A stretch of 64,000 nt of DNA from Candidatus Omnitrophota bacterium. GTDB taxonomy: Bacteria > Omnitrophota > Gorgyraeia > Zapsychrales > Zapsychraceae. The notes beneath the pieces are model-generated. The model was not told the DNA's origin. It saw only the letters and a program-made list of their open reading frames with translations, and ran no database searches. A program made the translations under genes and the position numbers. Position 1 is the first letter of the stretch. Every line of letters begins with the position of its first letter. Of the stretch, positions 20,150-30,892 are shown piece after piece. The DNA lies in NCBI GenBank assembly GCA_050250375.1, contig JBFWOS010000001.1, forward strand, positions 91,346-155,345, in the 5' to 3' direction.

Positions 20150-21298
20150 CTAGGAGGGTTCAGTTATGGGGAAAATCAACTTTGCCACGGCCCCGCCTTC
20201 AGGGTGATTATTAATCACGATATCGCCATCGTGAATATCCATAATGTTCCGGCAGACGGACAAACCCAAGCCAACTCCGCCTTTGGCCCGTCTGGTTGTA
20301 AAAAACGGATCGAAGATTTTATCCAAATCGGCTTCTTTGATACCATGGCCGTTGTCTTTAACCAACATACAAATCGAATGATCTTCCTGGAATGTTTCAA
20401 TCTTTAATTCGCCAAACTGTTCAACGGAGAAAACAGCATTCAGCAGCAGGTTGATAATCACTTGTTCAATACGGATGTGGTCAATCCGTAAATCCGGCAA
20501 TTTATTATCTAACTTTTTAATGACCTTAATTTCTTTTTTCTCAATCTCATGGTTGACTAAAGCCAGCGCCTTAAATACAGAATCGTTAAGACTGCAATTG
20601 TCCTTTTTTAATTCGGAAAGACCGGAATATTCCAGCAAGTCCGTTATAATTGCATTAGCACGGTCAACCGCGTCATTGATATTGTTCAGAACTATTTGGA
20701 CCTTTTCATCGTTCGCATCAATCTGTTCAGTCAGGTATTGAACCCCGTATTTGATCGCGGCCAAAGGATTTCTGACTTCATGGGCAACTCCGCTGGCCAA
20801 GGCTCCAACGACTTTCATTTTCTCCGCCTGAACCAGATGGCCCTGGGCTACTTTTAATTTTTTATAGGCCTCTAGCAACTCCGTTTCAAGCTCTTTGCGT
20901 TTTATGGCATAATGAAGCACTTTTATTAGCGTATAGCCGTTGTATTTTCCTTTGACCAGAAAATCCTGGGCGCCATAATCCAGCGCCTGGATACCGAGCT
21001 CTTCTTCATAGGCCCCGGTATTGATGACGATCGCCATCTGGGGATACAATTCATTTAAACGTTTAATGGTTTTTGTTCCCTGGTGGTCGGGAAGATTGAG
21101 ATCCAGGATGACAACATCAAATGAATCTTCCTCTAAAAACTCCAACGCACCCTTAAGAGTGTTGGTTGTCTTCATTAATTCCGTGTAGTGTTCAACCTCG
21201 GTCAGCATCGCTTCAATAACCCTGATATCGACCTGATTATCTTCGACAACAAGGATTTTTAACGGCTTTGAAAATTTAAGGGGATGATCGGAGCTCAC
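20150..21298 (-). CDS. Hybrid REC-histidine kinase
   Basis: REC (DLNLPD), AHEVRNPL H-box, NLLLNA, DNGHG, GVGLGL. Confidence 0.95.
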   Translation of the reverse strand: MSSDHPLKFSKPLKILVVEDNQVDIRVIEAMLTEVEHYTELMKTTNTLKGALEFLEEDSFDVVILDLNLPDHQGTKTIKRLNELYPQMAIVINTGAYEEELGIQALDYGAQDFLVKGKYNGYTLIKVLHYAIKRKELETELLEAYKKLKVAQGHLVQAEKMKVVGALASGVAHEVRNPLAAIKYGVQYLTEQIDANDEKVQIVLNNINDAVDRANAIITDLLEYSGLSELKKDNCSLNDSVFKALALVNHEIEKKEIKVIKKLDNKLPDLRIDHIRIEQVIINLLLNAVFSVEQFGELKIETFQEDHSICMLVKDNGHGIKEADLDKIFDPFFTTRRAKGGVGLGLSVCRNIMDIHDGDIVINNHPEGGAVAKLIFPITEPS

Positions 21299-21927
21299 TT
21301 ATTATCCTTTCCGTTATCCAAAACCTCTTCTGAACCGGCAGAATCAATTTTCGGATTTGAGTCACTGGCTTCGACTCCGCCAGATTCATTAAAATAATTT
21401 AACGGCTCATCGTTTCCGATAAGGATTGATTGGGCAGAATGTCGTCTCGGCTGATCCGTTTCTTTTATTGGTTGCGTCCTGTCATCACTGTCTTCATTGA
21501 TAATAAGCCTTGACGGCATGACCGATCGGATCTCTTGTTGATTCGTCTTTGCTTGGGGATGCTTGATAAGACTTGACGCCTCATTCTTAGCCGGAAACAT
21601 TTCGGATTGACCCGGCGGTTTCTTTCTATTCCCAAACCAAAAGATTTCCCGATGATCCTTAACGACCTTGATCTTCAAACGGAACGGTAAGCTGGCCAGC
21701 GCCGCGTCTATTTTTTCATGATCGGTTGAATCAAATATTCCAAGACCTTGAGCATATTCCCGGGAATTCTGGTTGAACTGTTTTTGGTCCAGGGCTTCCA
21801 CTTTTTCGACGACTAAGACAGCGATCGGATCGTCTTTTTGTTGGGCATAAACCGGAAAATTCCAAAGAAAACCATACACAACAATCCCAAATGCAACGAG
21901 GCGTAAATATTTTTTTTTCAGGATCAT
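21295..21927 (-). CDS. Secreted hypothetical protein
   Basis: Signal peptide (VYA/Q); 4-bp overlap with the kinase start. Confidence 0.7.
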   Translation of the reverse strand: MILKKKYLRLVAFGIVVYGFLWNFPVYAQQKDDPIAVLVVEKVEALDQKQFNQNSREYAQGLGIFDSTDHEKIDAALASLPFRLKIKVVKDHREIFWFGNRKKPPGQSEMFPAKNEASSLIKHPQAKTNQQEIRSVMPSRLIINEDSDDRTQPIKETDQPRRHSAQSILIGNDEPLNYFNESGGVEASDSNPKIDSAGSEEVLDNGKDNK

Positions 21928-22073
21928 TTCCCTGTTTACAAAAATAGTTTGGGGTTACAAGTTGATCAAAATTCTATTGTTTATTATAAGGGAAGGAAAA
22001 TCTGAGGCAAACAAAATCTAATATTTTTCAGGATACAAATTCGTCTTGAATGGATAATAAAATCGAAGAAAAA

Positions 22074-23678
22074 CTAAAATCTGGCGGTAGCGCCGAAAGT
22101 AATAGATAGGGAATCCCAATTGACTTCATTTAGACGTTGTTTAGGAGTGCCCCCATTACTTAGAAAAAACTGGACAGTTCCTGGGTCCATTTCCCAGTCT
22201 TGGAGAACTAAACTTAATGATAACGACCACATTGAATTTATAAAATAGTCCCCGCCCCCCTCAAACACAATCCCACGTCCCTTATCCGAAATCATTTCAA
22301 AACTTCTCGGATTGACGAAATCATCCCTTAAATTCCAAGTGCCGTCGCCCACATAATCCGCGAAGTGATACTCAAAACGACCAAAACCACGCAACTTATT
22401 TTTTCGAGTTCTTCCAGACAACTCTAACCCGACCCACGGGCCATCCCATTGTGACCTGTAACGACTATCCAGTCCTGGAAAGGGTCCAAAATCCGGTATT
22501 GTCTGATTTCCATCCTGTATGACAAAGTCTTGTTTGTGCCTTGAATACCCGCCTAAAAATGTGACGGTCAATTTATCGACAAGAAAAATCGGGTCCGGGT
22601 TATCAACATAAAAACGCAAACCTCCGGCCAAAGAATAATCCCAGACATAACCATCATCGGACGAATTATTCGAACGGGAAAATTCGTCCGTACGATTGTC
22701 TCCATCATAATCAGAATCCTGATTATCTCCCTTAATAATAGAACCATACCCCGCTTTGGCATCAACCACAAAATGATTCAATAATATAAAATCAAATTTG
22801 GCTTTTGCTTCTACCATTTGTATATCCGACCAAGTTAATTCTGATATAATGTTTGGTGTGGCCGTTCCGGTCAGATCAGACGCAATATTAAAATCCAAAT
22901 CATCAACGCGGTAACCGATCGTCACCCGGGTATTTGTTTCTATCCCCGGTATACCCACCTTCTGGTCTTCCGATTTATAATTTAAATTGATTGATGGGAC
23001 CGCATTTTCCTTAAATGGGTACTGGTCATTTGTAACTTCAGCCATTTCGGCCCGTTCCAAATCTTCCAGGGTAACCGTTTTAATACTCGTATTATTGTCA
23101 GCGAACCGCTTAAAATTTCGATCAACATTGTCATAATTATAATAATTATGGGCATCCTTAATATGTTCAGCTGGTTCAGCCTGAAACACATTTTCTGATT
23201 TTTGGACAGATGATTTGTTTCCAAATATAGATGCTGCGGAATCTTTAACGGCCTCATCAGACAAAGCCACTTCAAATATTTCCCTTTTGGGAGTCTTAAC
23301 AACCGTTTGCCCGTCTCCATAAACGTATATGGGATCATCCAGTTCCACAAAACTGCTTGCAGTCAACTCATTATCGGTTTTGAACGCTGATTTCTTTTTA
23401 GGTGAAGATTTTGCAGTTTTCTCAATATATGGATTTGGTGCTTTTGGAGGAATATTGATTACTTTAGCTTGAGGAACGCGTTTTACAGGTTCAATGTCTT
23501 CATCCGTGGCTTCGGAGATAGAAACAAACCCCATTTTTTTTATACGTTCTTCCTGATCATTCTCAGCAGACCAAGATCCGGTAGCAGTAAAAAAAACAGC
23601 CAAAATGACTGTCATTTTGACAATAAAATACTTACACAGATTATTCATATTGAACATAGGGATATTGTGCCATTTCAA
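22074..23678 (-). CDS. Outer-membrane beta-barrel, omptin-like, with long N-terminal extension
   Basis: ISELTW, NQDSDY, alternating beta strands, C-terminal Phe; start uncertain. Confidence 0.65.
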   Translation of the reverse strand: MKWHNIPMFNMNNLCKYFIVKMTVILAVFFTATGSWSAENDQEERIKKMGFVSISEATDEDIEPVKRVPQAKVINIPPKAPNPYIEKTAKSSPKKKSAFKTDNELTASSFVELDDPIYVYGDGQTVVKTPKREIFEVALSDEAVKDSAASIFGNKSSVQKSENVFQAEPAEHIKDAHNYYNYDNVDRNFKRFADNNTSIKTVTLEDLERAEMAEVTNDQYPFKENAVPSINLNYKSEDQKVGIPGIETNTRVTIGYRVDDLDFNIASDLTGTATPNIISELTWSDIQMVEAKAKFDFILLNHFVVDAKAGYGSIIKGDNQDSDYDGDNRTDEFSRSNNSSDDGYVWDYSLAGGLRFYVDNPDPIFLVDKLTVTFLGGYSRHKQDFVIQDGNQTIPDFGPFPGLDSRYRSQWDGPWVGLELSGRTRKNKLRGFGRFEYHFADYVGDGTWNLRDDFVNPRSFEMISDKGRGIVFEGGGDYFINSMWSLSLSLVLQDWEMDPGTVQFFLSNGGTPKQRLNEVNWDSLSITFGATARF

Positions 23679-23768
23679 AAGACGTTTGTCAATATGACAG
23701 ATTAGTACTTAATAGGACAAAAAAAATACCAAAAATTGCATAACTTTCCTGAAAGCAACATCTTATGA

Positions 23769-24197
23769 CTACCCGTGCAAATGATCATTCATCAAATTAT
23801 TATGACTGGCGATCACGAACCAGTGTTTTTCGCCCCTCTGCCAGGTCATTGTATACCTTCTAATGACATGTTTTATGCCGCGCTCACTCTTCTCGATCGT
23901 AAAAATAAAATATTGAACGATCGCAATATGACCATGAAGTTTTATATTAATGGGTTTTAATTCACAGATAATAATATCGGTCGACTGTGTCCAAAAACCC
24001 ACCCATTTTTCCAGCCAGGGCCGGTCAACCGGCAATGGACTCTCATGACCATAACCGATCATATCCAGATGAATATATTCTATAAATTCATCAACCCGCT
24101 TTGTGATCAATAGTTCCCAATGATCTTCAAGGGATTTCCACACCGCGTTTTGATCGGCATTCCAGTCGGTTGGTTTATTGGAGGTCAATTTTGACAT
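23769..24197 (-). CDS. NTF2/SnoaL-like (DUF4440-type) protein
   Basis: AIVQY, RRYTMTW..W.VIASH pattern. Confidence 0.7.
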   Translation of the reverse strand: MSKLTSNKPTDWNADQNAVWKSLEDHWELLITKRVDEFIEYIHLDMIGYGHESPLPVDRPWLEKWVGFWTQSTDIIICELKPINIKLHGHIAIVQYFIFTIEKSERGIKHVIRRYTMTWQRGEKHWFVIASHNNLMNDHLHG

Positions 24198-24255
24198 TTA
24201 GAATTCTCCTTATTAATTCAAATTAGCGATTAAACAAATCTTACGGGATTCCCCT

Positions 24256-24741
24256 TTATTTGTCAATTCCATCAAACGAATAGACCGCCTGCTTTAACTG
24301 CTGGTCCCAATGGTGTAATTTAGGAAAATAGAAACCAAACGAAATTAAGGACAAAAAACCAAACCCGTAATAATCATTGATATTTTTTGTCATCAAAGTC
24401 AGGACTAGGCCCAAGATCCCGATCGACTCGCACATCCCAAAGGTGATCATAGAACTTGTTTGTAAATGCTTCAACATTTCCTGCAGGGTGAACTCTCTTT
24501 TCCTGGAATTCCGAGAAACGATCCGGCGCATTAACCCGATGGAGATCAGAATAGAAATTCCAACAACCCAAAAAACCTGCCGGATGACCTCGGCATGATC
24601 AAAAACAGGCTGGCCGTCCGCTGAACGCGAAAGCAGGTAATAGGCAATCCCACCATAAATAATCACACTAAAGGATGTGGAATAACCGATGACGCTGGTT
24701 GAACGGTAAACGTCGTTTAACTCATCCTCATAATTTTCCAT
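24256..24741 (-). CDS. Four-TM membrane protein
   Basis: Four hydrophobic segments; CESIGILGLV. Confidence 0.75.
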   Translation of the reverse strand: MENYEDELNDVYRSTSVIGYSTSFSVIIYGGIAYYLLSRSADGQPVFDHAEVIRQVFWVVGISILISIGLMRRIVSRNSRKREFTLQEMLKHLQTSSMITFGMCESIGILGLVLTLMTKNINDYYGFGFLSLISFGFYFPKLHHWDQQLKQAVYSFDGIDK

Positions 24742-24746
24742 GGACT

Positions 24747-25133
24747 TTATCGACCGGTAATTTTCCGGGCCATGCTTGAAAGCTGCTCCGGCGTCGCTGT
24801 CTTGGCCTTGGCAAAATTGAGATCTCCCACTGAATTGATCGGCACAAGATGAATATGCGCATGCGGGACCTCAAGCCCGGCCACCATGATTCCTATCCGT
24901 TTACAATCCACCGCTTTTTCGATCATGCCCGCGATTTTCTTGGCAAAAATAAACGCGCCGCCCAGCAGATCATCGTCAACGGTGAAAATATAATCAATTT
25001 CCTTCTTGGGAATAACCAGGGTATGCCCCGGATTGATCGGCCTGATATCCAAAAAGGCCAAATATCTGTCATTTTCAAGTATTTTATGACAGGGAATTTC
25101 CCCGTTTATAATCTTAGTAAACAATGTCGCCAT
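24747..25133 (-). CDS. HIT family hydrolase
   Basis: FTKII, PGHTLVIPK, HAHIHL. Confidence 0.95.
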   Translation of the reverse strand: MATLFTKIINGEIPCHKILENDRYLAFLDIRPINPGHTLVIPKKEIDYIFTVDDDLLGGAFIFAKKIAGMIEKAVDCKRIGIMVAGLEVPHAHIHLVPINSVGDLNFAKAKTATPEQLSSMARKITGR

Positions 25134-25151
25134 AATATTTTCTCCTGTTTC

Positions 25152-25928
25152 TCACTCTTTAGACTGATATTCAGGCATCTGTCCGTTTAATGCGTTTTCA
25201 ACCAGATGTTTGATATCCTGGCTGAAATTAGCGGACAAAATCCATTCAAGATACCCGCGGTCTTTTTTCACGACTTCTTCCAGAGAGTACCTCTTGGCAT
25301 ATTTACCGAACATCATGTATAACTTCCCGTTCCACCAGCGGAATTTTCTTTCCGTATCATAAAATTCATCGGAACTCTGATAGTCAAAGGCTAAAAGCGA
25401 ATCAATGGATCCGTCACCGTATTTGTTTGACTGCATCTGAAGAATTTCAAGGGTCGCGTTGGTGTCGGCCAAGGCCGTATGCGCGTTCTCGAGTGTTTTC
25501 TGGCAATAAAATTGATACGCGGCGGAAAGATCACGTTTTTCATTCAGATGGTACACCTTTTGAGCGTCGTATATTTTCCTCTGCTCAAAATCAAAACTGA
25601 GTCCCGATTCAATAAACTCCCTTCTCAGCAAAGGCAAATCAAATCGCTCCACATTAAATCCTCCAAAATCGGCATCCCCGATGAAAGCAAGAACCTCTTG
25701 AGCCACATCTTTAAATTGCGGCTGCCCCTTGACATCCTCATTTGAAATCCCTGTCAGCGCGGTGACGGCCGGAGGTATCGGCATCCCTGGATTAATCTTT
25801 CGCACATATTGTTCTTTATTTCCGTCAAGCAGGCATTTAACCAGGGCAATTTCAATAATTCGGTCCTTTTCCACCCAAGTCCCGGTCGTCTCCAGATCCA
25901 TAATAATAACTGTATTTGATAAATTCAT
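25152..25928 (-). CDS. DEDDh 3'-5' exonuclease (DnaQ-like)
   Basis: DLETTG, FNVERFD, HTALAD; C-terminal FGKY domain. Confidence 0.92.
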   Translation of the reverse strand: MNLSNTVIIMDLETTGTWVEKDRIIEIALVKCLLDGNKEQYVRKINPGMPIPPAVTALTGISNEDVKGQPQFKDVAQEVLAFIGDADFGGFNVERFDLPLLRREFIESGLSFDFEQRKIYDAQKVYHLNEKRDLSAAYQFYCQKTLENAHTALADTNATLEILQMQSNKYGDGSIDSLLAFDYQSSDEFYDTERKFRWWNGKLYMMFGKYAKRYSLEEVVKKDRGYLEWILSANFSQDIKHLVENALNGQMPEYQSKE

Positions 25929-25981
25929 ACGTACCTTTCTATAGGGGTAACACTGTTTTACAAATTAATGCTGCAAATGAA

Positions 25982-26010
25982 TTGACAGCCGTTCAATCTG
26001 TCGTTATAGT
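25982..26010 (+). promoter_or_regulatory. sigma70-type promoter of the EEP gene
   Basis: TTGACA-17 bp-TATAGT. Confidence 0.7.
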
Positions 26011-26039
26011 CAACTAAAATTAAACCGCATGATAATTCT

Positions 26040-26885
26040 ATGGCAAAAATAATCTGTAACTATATTCTTATTTTATTTTTGTTTGCGATTGCCGGTTGCA
26101 GCTTGGCCAAATATGGCATCAATTACAGCCAAACAAGTATTCCGCGCTTTGCGGATTATTCTGTCACTAAAAATAACCCGCCTGAAGATGAACGGATCAA
26201 AGTTGTAAGTTACAATATCCGTTTCTCCAAAAAAATCGAAAAAGCTGTTAATATTTTAAATCAAAACAAAGATTTAAAAGATGCCGATATAATTCTTCTG
26301 CAGGAGATGGATGAAACAGGGGTTGAAAAAATAGCCAAGGAATTGAATTACAACTACGTTTATTACCCTGCCGTATTCCACCCCATACCAAAACAAAATT
26401 TCGGGAATGCTATCCTGTCCAAATGGCCGATCTTGAATGACAGTAAAATAATCCTTTCGGATGACAGCGATGAAAAACTGCAAAGGATCGCGGCCAGTGC
26501 AACCCTCGATATCAACGGAAAAAAAATGATGGTTTTCTCCGTCCATATGCGGATTTCAATTAAACCATTTATCCGATCTATCCAGACAGCCCGTATCATC
26601 CGGTCAATACCGGATGATATCGATTATTGTATCGTCGCTGGTGACTTCAATACGTTTACCCAGATGGGATACTTTGCCGTATTAAACCCATTTGAAAAAA
26701 ACGGATTTACGCTGGCAACAAAAGAAATCGGCTGGACTTACAAACACTGGTATACCGTAAACAAAAAGTTCTCCCTAGACCATATATTCAGTAAAGGGAT
26801 GAAAACGATCAACTACGGAAAAGTTAATAACCATTCAGCTAGCGACCATATTCCAATCTGGGCTGATTTTTCTTTAGTCAAATAA
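26040..26885 (+). CDS. Endonuclease/exonuclease/phosphatase-family lipoprotein
   Basis: Lipobox IAGC; SYNI, LQE, GDFN, LDHIF, SDH. Confidence 0.92.
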   Translation: MAKIICNYILILFLFAIAGCSLAKYGINYSQTSIPRFADYSVTKNNPPEDERIKVVSYNIRFSKKIEKAVNILNQNKDLKDADIILLQEMDETGVEKIAKELNYNYVYYPAVFHPIPKQNFGNAILSKWPILNDSKIILSDDSDEKLQRIAASATLDINGKKMMVFSVHMRISIKPFIRSIQTARIIRSIPDDIDYCIVAGDFNTFTQMGYFAVLNPFEKNGFTLATKEIGWTYKHWYTVNKKFSLDHIFSKGMKTINYGKVNNHSASDHIPIWADFSLVK

Positions 26886-26889
26886 AGAT

Positions 26890-27093
26890 TTAGGCTTTAA
26901 CAACGTTTGCGGCTTGCTCGCCTTTCGGGCCTTCAATGATCTCAAACTCTACTTCCTGCCCTTCCTCAAGCATTTTGTAGCCGTCTCCCTGAATCGCAGA
27001 AAAATGAACAAAGACATCTTTTCCTGATTCCGGTGTAATAAATCCGTACCCTTTTTGGTTGCTGAACCATTTGACTTTTCCTTTTACCATCAT
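26890..27093 (-). CDS. Cold-shock protein
   Basis: [12 protein letters not shown] and [11 protein letters not shown] motifs. Confidence 0.97.
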   Translation of the reverse strand: MMVKGKVKWFSNQKGYGFITPESGKDVFVHFSAIQGDGYKMLEEGQEVEFEIIEGPKGEQAANVVKA

Positions 27094-28595
27094 GAACTCC
27101 TTAGTTGTTGTAGTGTTTTCCTCAATAAATCGAACTGGAACGTTTTCACTACAAAATCATCCGCTCCAGCCGACTTTGCATCTTGCAAATCATTGGGTTG
27201 CAGGGTCGAAGTGACCATAATTATCTTGGTCGTAAAATCTGGGATAGCCTTGATCTTTTTGCACAAATCGAAACTATCCACATCCGGAAAAAATGTATCC
27301 AGAATAATCAGCACCGGTTTTTCGGCCACGACCTTGTTATAGGCCTCCGAACCTTTGGACACAAACCCCAGGTTGACATACCCCAGATCTTTAAAAACTT
27401 TCGCCATGCCGATTTTGTCCTTTTCACTGCGATCAATCAATAAGACTTTATCCATGATCATTTCTGTTTGATCAGTTTCTTTATCGGCCCCTTTTGCCTT
27501 GGCCATGGCTGATTTCCTGATATTGGAAAACGGTGCGTCTTCACCAAACTTCAACGAATTCGGATATTTTGCATAATCATAAGCCGTTTCCTTCGAAATA
27601 ACTTCCTGAATAACTAAATCTGAAAGGCAACGCTCAAAGGTATGCGTGTCGGAATCTTCTTCGGAATCAAGCTGTCCTCTCAGCTCAAGAAATGCTCCGC
27701 GACGAATTAAGTTCCGGATGGATATCGTCGTTAACAATAGTTCAGTCGCCAGGATCCGTTCGGTTGAATTTTTTCGCGGGATCAAGGTCTGCGAGCAGAT
27801 CCCGATTAGGTTTCCGGCTAATTGGGCAGAAACCTGTTCACGATAACCGGAAGGATAAACGTCAATAATCCGGTTTAAGGTCTCCACCGCATCCGGGGCG
27901 TGCACCGTGGTTAACACCAAATGCCCGGTTTCAGCGGCAGTCAGAGCCATCGAGATGGCTTCATAATCACGGATTTCTCCAATAACAATAACATCCGGAT
28001 CCTGACGCAGGGAATATTTCAAAGCGCTGGCGAAAGTAGGCGTGTCAGCACCGACTTCCCGCTGGATGATCAGGCTTTTTTTCGATTTATGGGTATACTC
28101 AATCGGGTCTTCAATCGTGACAATCTTGCATTTTTCCGTGTTATTGATCATGTTGATGATATACGTTAACGTCGTACTTTTACCGCTTCCTGATGCTCCT
28201 GAAACAATAAACAAACCTTTCTTGTGATTCGCAATATCTTTAAGGGGCTCGGGTAAACCAAAACGCAAGATTGTGTCTATATTGAGAGGTGTAACACGAA
28301 TGGTCGAAGCCATATGCCCTTTTTCAAAATGGACATTGACCCGGAATTGATAATCACTGCGGTAAGCGTAGGAACTGTCCAGTTCCCGCTCCTGAACAAA
28401 CTTTTGCTGCTGCCTTTCTGTGAGCATCTGAAAAACCAGGCTCTTAATCATATCGTCGTTGAGAACCTCTTCTCCCAAGGCCTCCAAATCACCGTGGATC
28501 CGGAGTATCGGCGGGTTACCAACAACAAGATGCAGATCTGAAGCGCTCTTCAGAATAGCCGTTTCTAATAAATCGTCAATTTTCTTGAATTCCAT
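27090..28595 (-). CDS. pilT: PilT-family retraction ATPase fused to C-terminal receiver domain
   Basis: [44 protein letters not shown]; then [12 protein letters not shown]. Confidence 0.88.
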   Translation of the reverse strand: MEFKKIDDLLETAILKSASDLHLVVGNPPILRIHGDLEALGEEVLNDDMIKSLVFQMLTERQQQKFVQERELDSSYAYRSDYQFRVNVHFEKGHMASTIRVTPLNIDTILRFGLPEPLKDIANHKKGLFIVSGASGSGKSTTLTYIINMINNTEKCKIVTIEDPIEYTHKSKKSLIIQREVGADTPTFASALKYSLRQDPDVIVIGEIRDYEAISMALTAAETGHLVLTTVHAPDAVETLNRIIDVYPSGYREQVSAQLAGNLIGICSQTLIPRKNSTERILATELLLTTISIRNLIRRGAFLELRGQLDSEEDSDTHTFERCLSDLVIQEVISKETAYDYAKYPNSLKFGEDAPFSNIRKSAMAKAKGADKETDQTEMIMDKVLLIDRSEKDKIGMAKVFKDLGYVNLGFVSKGSEAYNKVVAEKPVLIILDTFFPDVDSFDLCKKIKAIPDFTTKIIMVTSTLQPNDLQDAKSAGADDFVVKTFQFDLLRKTLQQLRSS

Positions 28596-28718
28596 AATAA
28601 CTGTTTAATATACCATATAATTATTTTAAAAAAAATACATCATTAATATTTAAAAAAACCGGCCTTGATCATTTTCTACTCTTTTAGTATACTCATGTAA
28701 TTATTTTTACAAAAATTT

Positions 28719-29345
28719 ATGAAAAAACAAATCCTCTTATTCGACTTTGACGGCACGATCGCCGATACATTTCTGCAGATTGTCGCTATCAGCAACCGGC
28801 TTTCCAAAGAGTTCAATTTCAACCTGATCCATACGCATGAGGTTGAAATCTTAAAAAACAACTCTGTTGAGGAAACCATTCAGTATCTCAACGTCCCGAA
28901 AATCAAGATCCCGAAAATTCTCTTACGCGCCAGGGCTGAACTTCACAAAGACATCAAAACAATTAAACCGGTCAAAGATCTCGCTGAAATCCTTTTAGAA
29001 CTGAAGTCACAAGGATTTTACATGGGGATCATCACCACCAATTCCGTCAAGAACGTAAAAGAATTTTTAAGAACCCACCAGCTCGATATTTTCGATTTTA
29101 TCAGTTCGACATCCAAGATCTTCGGCAAAAGCCACTCCCTCAAAATGCTGATCAAAAAGAAAAACTTCAAGATTGAACAGGCCTATTATATCGGGGACGA
29201 AATCAGAGATATCCAGGCGGCCCAGAAAGCCGGCATAAAAATGGTGGCCGTCACGTGGGGTTTTAATTCCAAAAAGGTTTTAAAACAACATGCGCCTGAT
29301 TACCTGATCAACACCCCGGTTGAACTGATTAAAATCTGCCAATAA
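28719..29345 (+). CDS. HAD family hydrolase (phosphoglycolate phosphatase-like)
   Basis: FDFDGT, GDEIRD, VTWGFN. Confidence 0.92.
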   Translation: MKKQILLFDFDGTIADTFLQIVAISNRLSKEFNFNLIHTHEVEILKNNSVEETIQYLNVPKIKIPKILLRARAELHKDIKTIKPVKDLAEILLELKSQGFYMGIITTNSVKNVKEFLRTHQLDIFDFISSTSKIFGKSHSLKMLIKKKNFKIEQAYYIGDEIRDIQAAQKAGIKMVAVTWGFNSKKVLKQHAPDYLINTPVELIKICQ

Positions 29346-29368
29346 TTTAAAAGAACAAATGCGGATAA

Positions 29369-30010
29369 TTACGCCGCTTTTTTCTGATCGCGCTTGATGA
29401 GCATAATGCTGTCTGCCATTGTCTTGATCAAAAATTTATAATCATCCCAGTCATCAATCGGACTGACGGCAAACAAAGCGCCAAACAATCCGCCGTCGTG
29501 AATAAAAAAATAGTCCAGGACTCTGCGCTGCGGTTCGCTTCGGGAAAAGGCCCTGACGACAATCGAATCCTGCCCGTTGGTTTTAGTCAATTCCTGTTTA
29601 AACCCTGTCCTGTATAAATTTCTTTTAACCAATTCTTCCTTGTTTAACTGGGTCAAAAAACTCACATTGGAATCAATTTTTGCGAAAGTCGCCGTCACCA
29701 GGGGCTGTGAGGAAATCACCACCATGAGCGCCCCTTCCGATATATGATATTCCCAGGCAGGGTTACAAAGAAATTCGATGGATAACACCTTATCATTACA
29801 GGATTCCAATCCATATTTCTGAATAATGTCGGTCTGATTGTATTGGGTAACTGCTTCGGCGGGTTTTAAACACTGGAATTGGGTAAAAAAACTGACTGAA
29901 ATCAATAAAATTCGAAATAATAAGGACCGTCCCACAGGTGCGGGTCTTGGAACCGTTATTGCTGAATTAATTTTCAACTTAAAATCTTGATGACTTAATT
30001 GCTCAACCAT
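29369..30010 (-). CDS. Hypothetical exported protein
   Basis: ORF with hydrophobic leader; no motif recognised. Confidence 0.7.
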   Translation of the reverse strand: MVEQLSHQDFKLKINSAITVPRPAPVGRSLLFRILLISVSFFTQFQCLKPAEAVTQYNQTDIIQKYGLESCNDKVLSIEFLCNPAWEYHISEGALMVVISSQPLVTATFAKIDSNVSFLTQLNKEELVKRNLYRTGFKQELTKTNGQDSIVVRAFSRSEPQRRVLDYFFIHDGGLFGALFAVSPIDDWDDYKFLIKTMADSIMLIKRDQKKAA

Positions 30011-30126
30011 GATCCTGCCTTAAATCTGTTCCAACTAAATTCGTCATAAGTATACCACATAAGTTTTCCGATATCCAAGAAATGAATTTATAAACTTATT
30101 AAACTTAATATATATTTAAGATGTAC

Positions 30127-30882
30127 TTACTTTACCGTGAGTTCAACCGGACAGTGGTCTGAACCGATGACATCCTTTAGAATTTTTGAAGATATGACCC
30201 TGCGGCTAAACCCGCCGGACACACAAAAATAATCGATCCGCCATCCAATATTGCGCGCCCGGCAATTGTTCATCGGGCTCCACCATGTATAATGCCCGCC
30301 TTCTTTCGTAAATAGCCGAAAGGTATCCACGAACCCCGCCTTGATCATATTTTCGAAACCTGAACGTTCCTGCGGAGTAAAGCCATGATTTTTGACATTA
30401 CCCTTCGGGTTCGTAAGATCGAGCTCTGTGTGCGCGACGTTCAAATCTCCGCAAAAAATGACCGGTCTTTTCTTTTCCAGTTTTTTTAAATATTTCAAAA
30501 AATCAACATCCCATTCCTTCACTCGGTAATCAAGCCGTTCCAGTTCCCTTTTCGAATTAGGGACATAAACATTAACGAGAAAAAACTCAGAAAATTCAAC
30601 CGTGATCACCCTTCCTTCATGATCGTGTTTATCAATTCCTACTCCATACGTGACCTTTAAAGGTTTACGTTGGGTAAAGACCGCTGTTCCCGAGTACCCG
30701 GCTTTTTCGGCATCGTACCAGAATTGTTCATACCCTTTAAGGCTTAAGTCCGGCCGGTCTTTGGGAGATTTGGTTTCCTGCAGGCAGATTATATCCGCTC
30801 CTGCTTTCTCAATAAAACTGACCAGACCTTTGCCGATCGCCGATTTTATCCCGTTCACATTAAATGAAATTATTTTGATCAT
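30127..30882 (-). CDS. xth: Exodeoxyribonuclease III
   Basis: SFNVNG, CLQETK, GDLNVAH, GWRIDY, SDHCP. Confidence 0.96.
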   Translation of the reverse strand: MIKIISFNVNGIKSAIGKGLVSFIEKAGADIICLQETKSPKDRPDLSLKGYEQFWYDAEKAGYSGTAVFTQRKPLKVTYGVGIDKHDHEGRVITVEFSEFFLVNVYVPNSKRELERLDYRVKEWDVDFLKYLKKLEKKRPVIFCGDLNVAHTELDLTNPKGNVKNHGFTPQERSGFENMIKAGFVDTFRLFTKEGGHYTWWSPMNNCRARNIGWRIDYFCVSGGFSRRVISSKILKDVIGSDHCPVELTVK

Positions 30883-30892
30883 GGCGAATATC

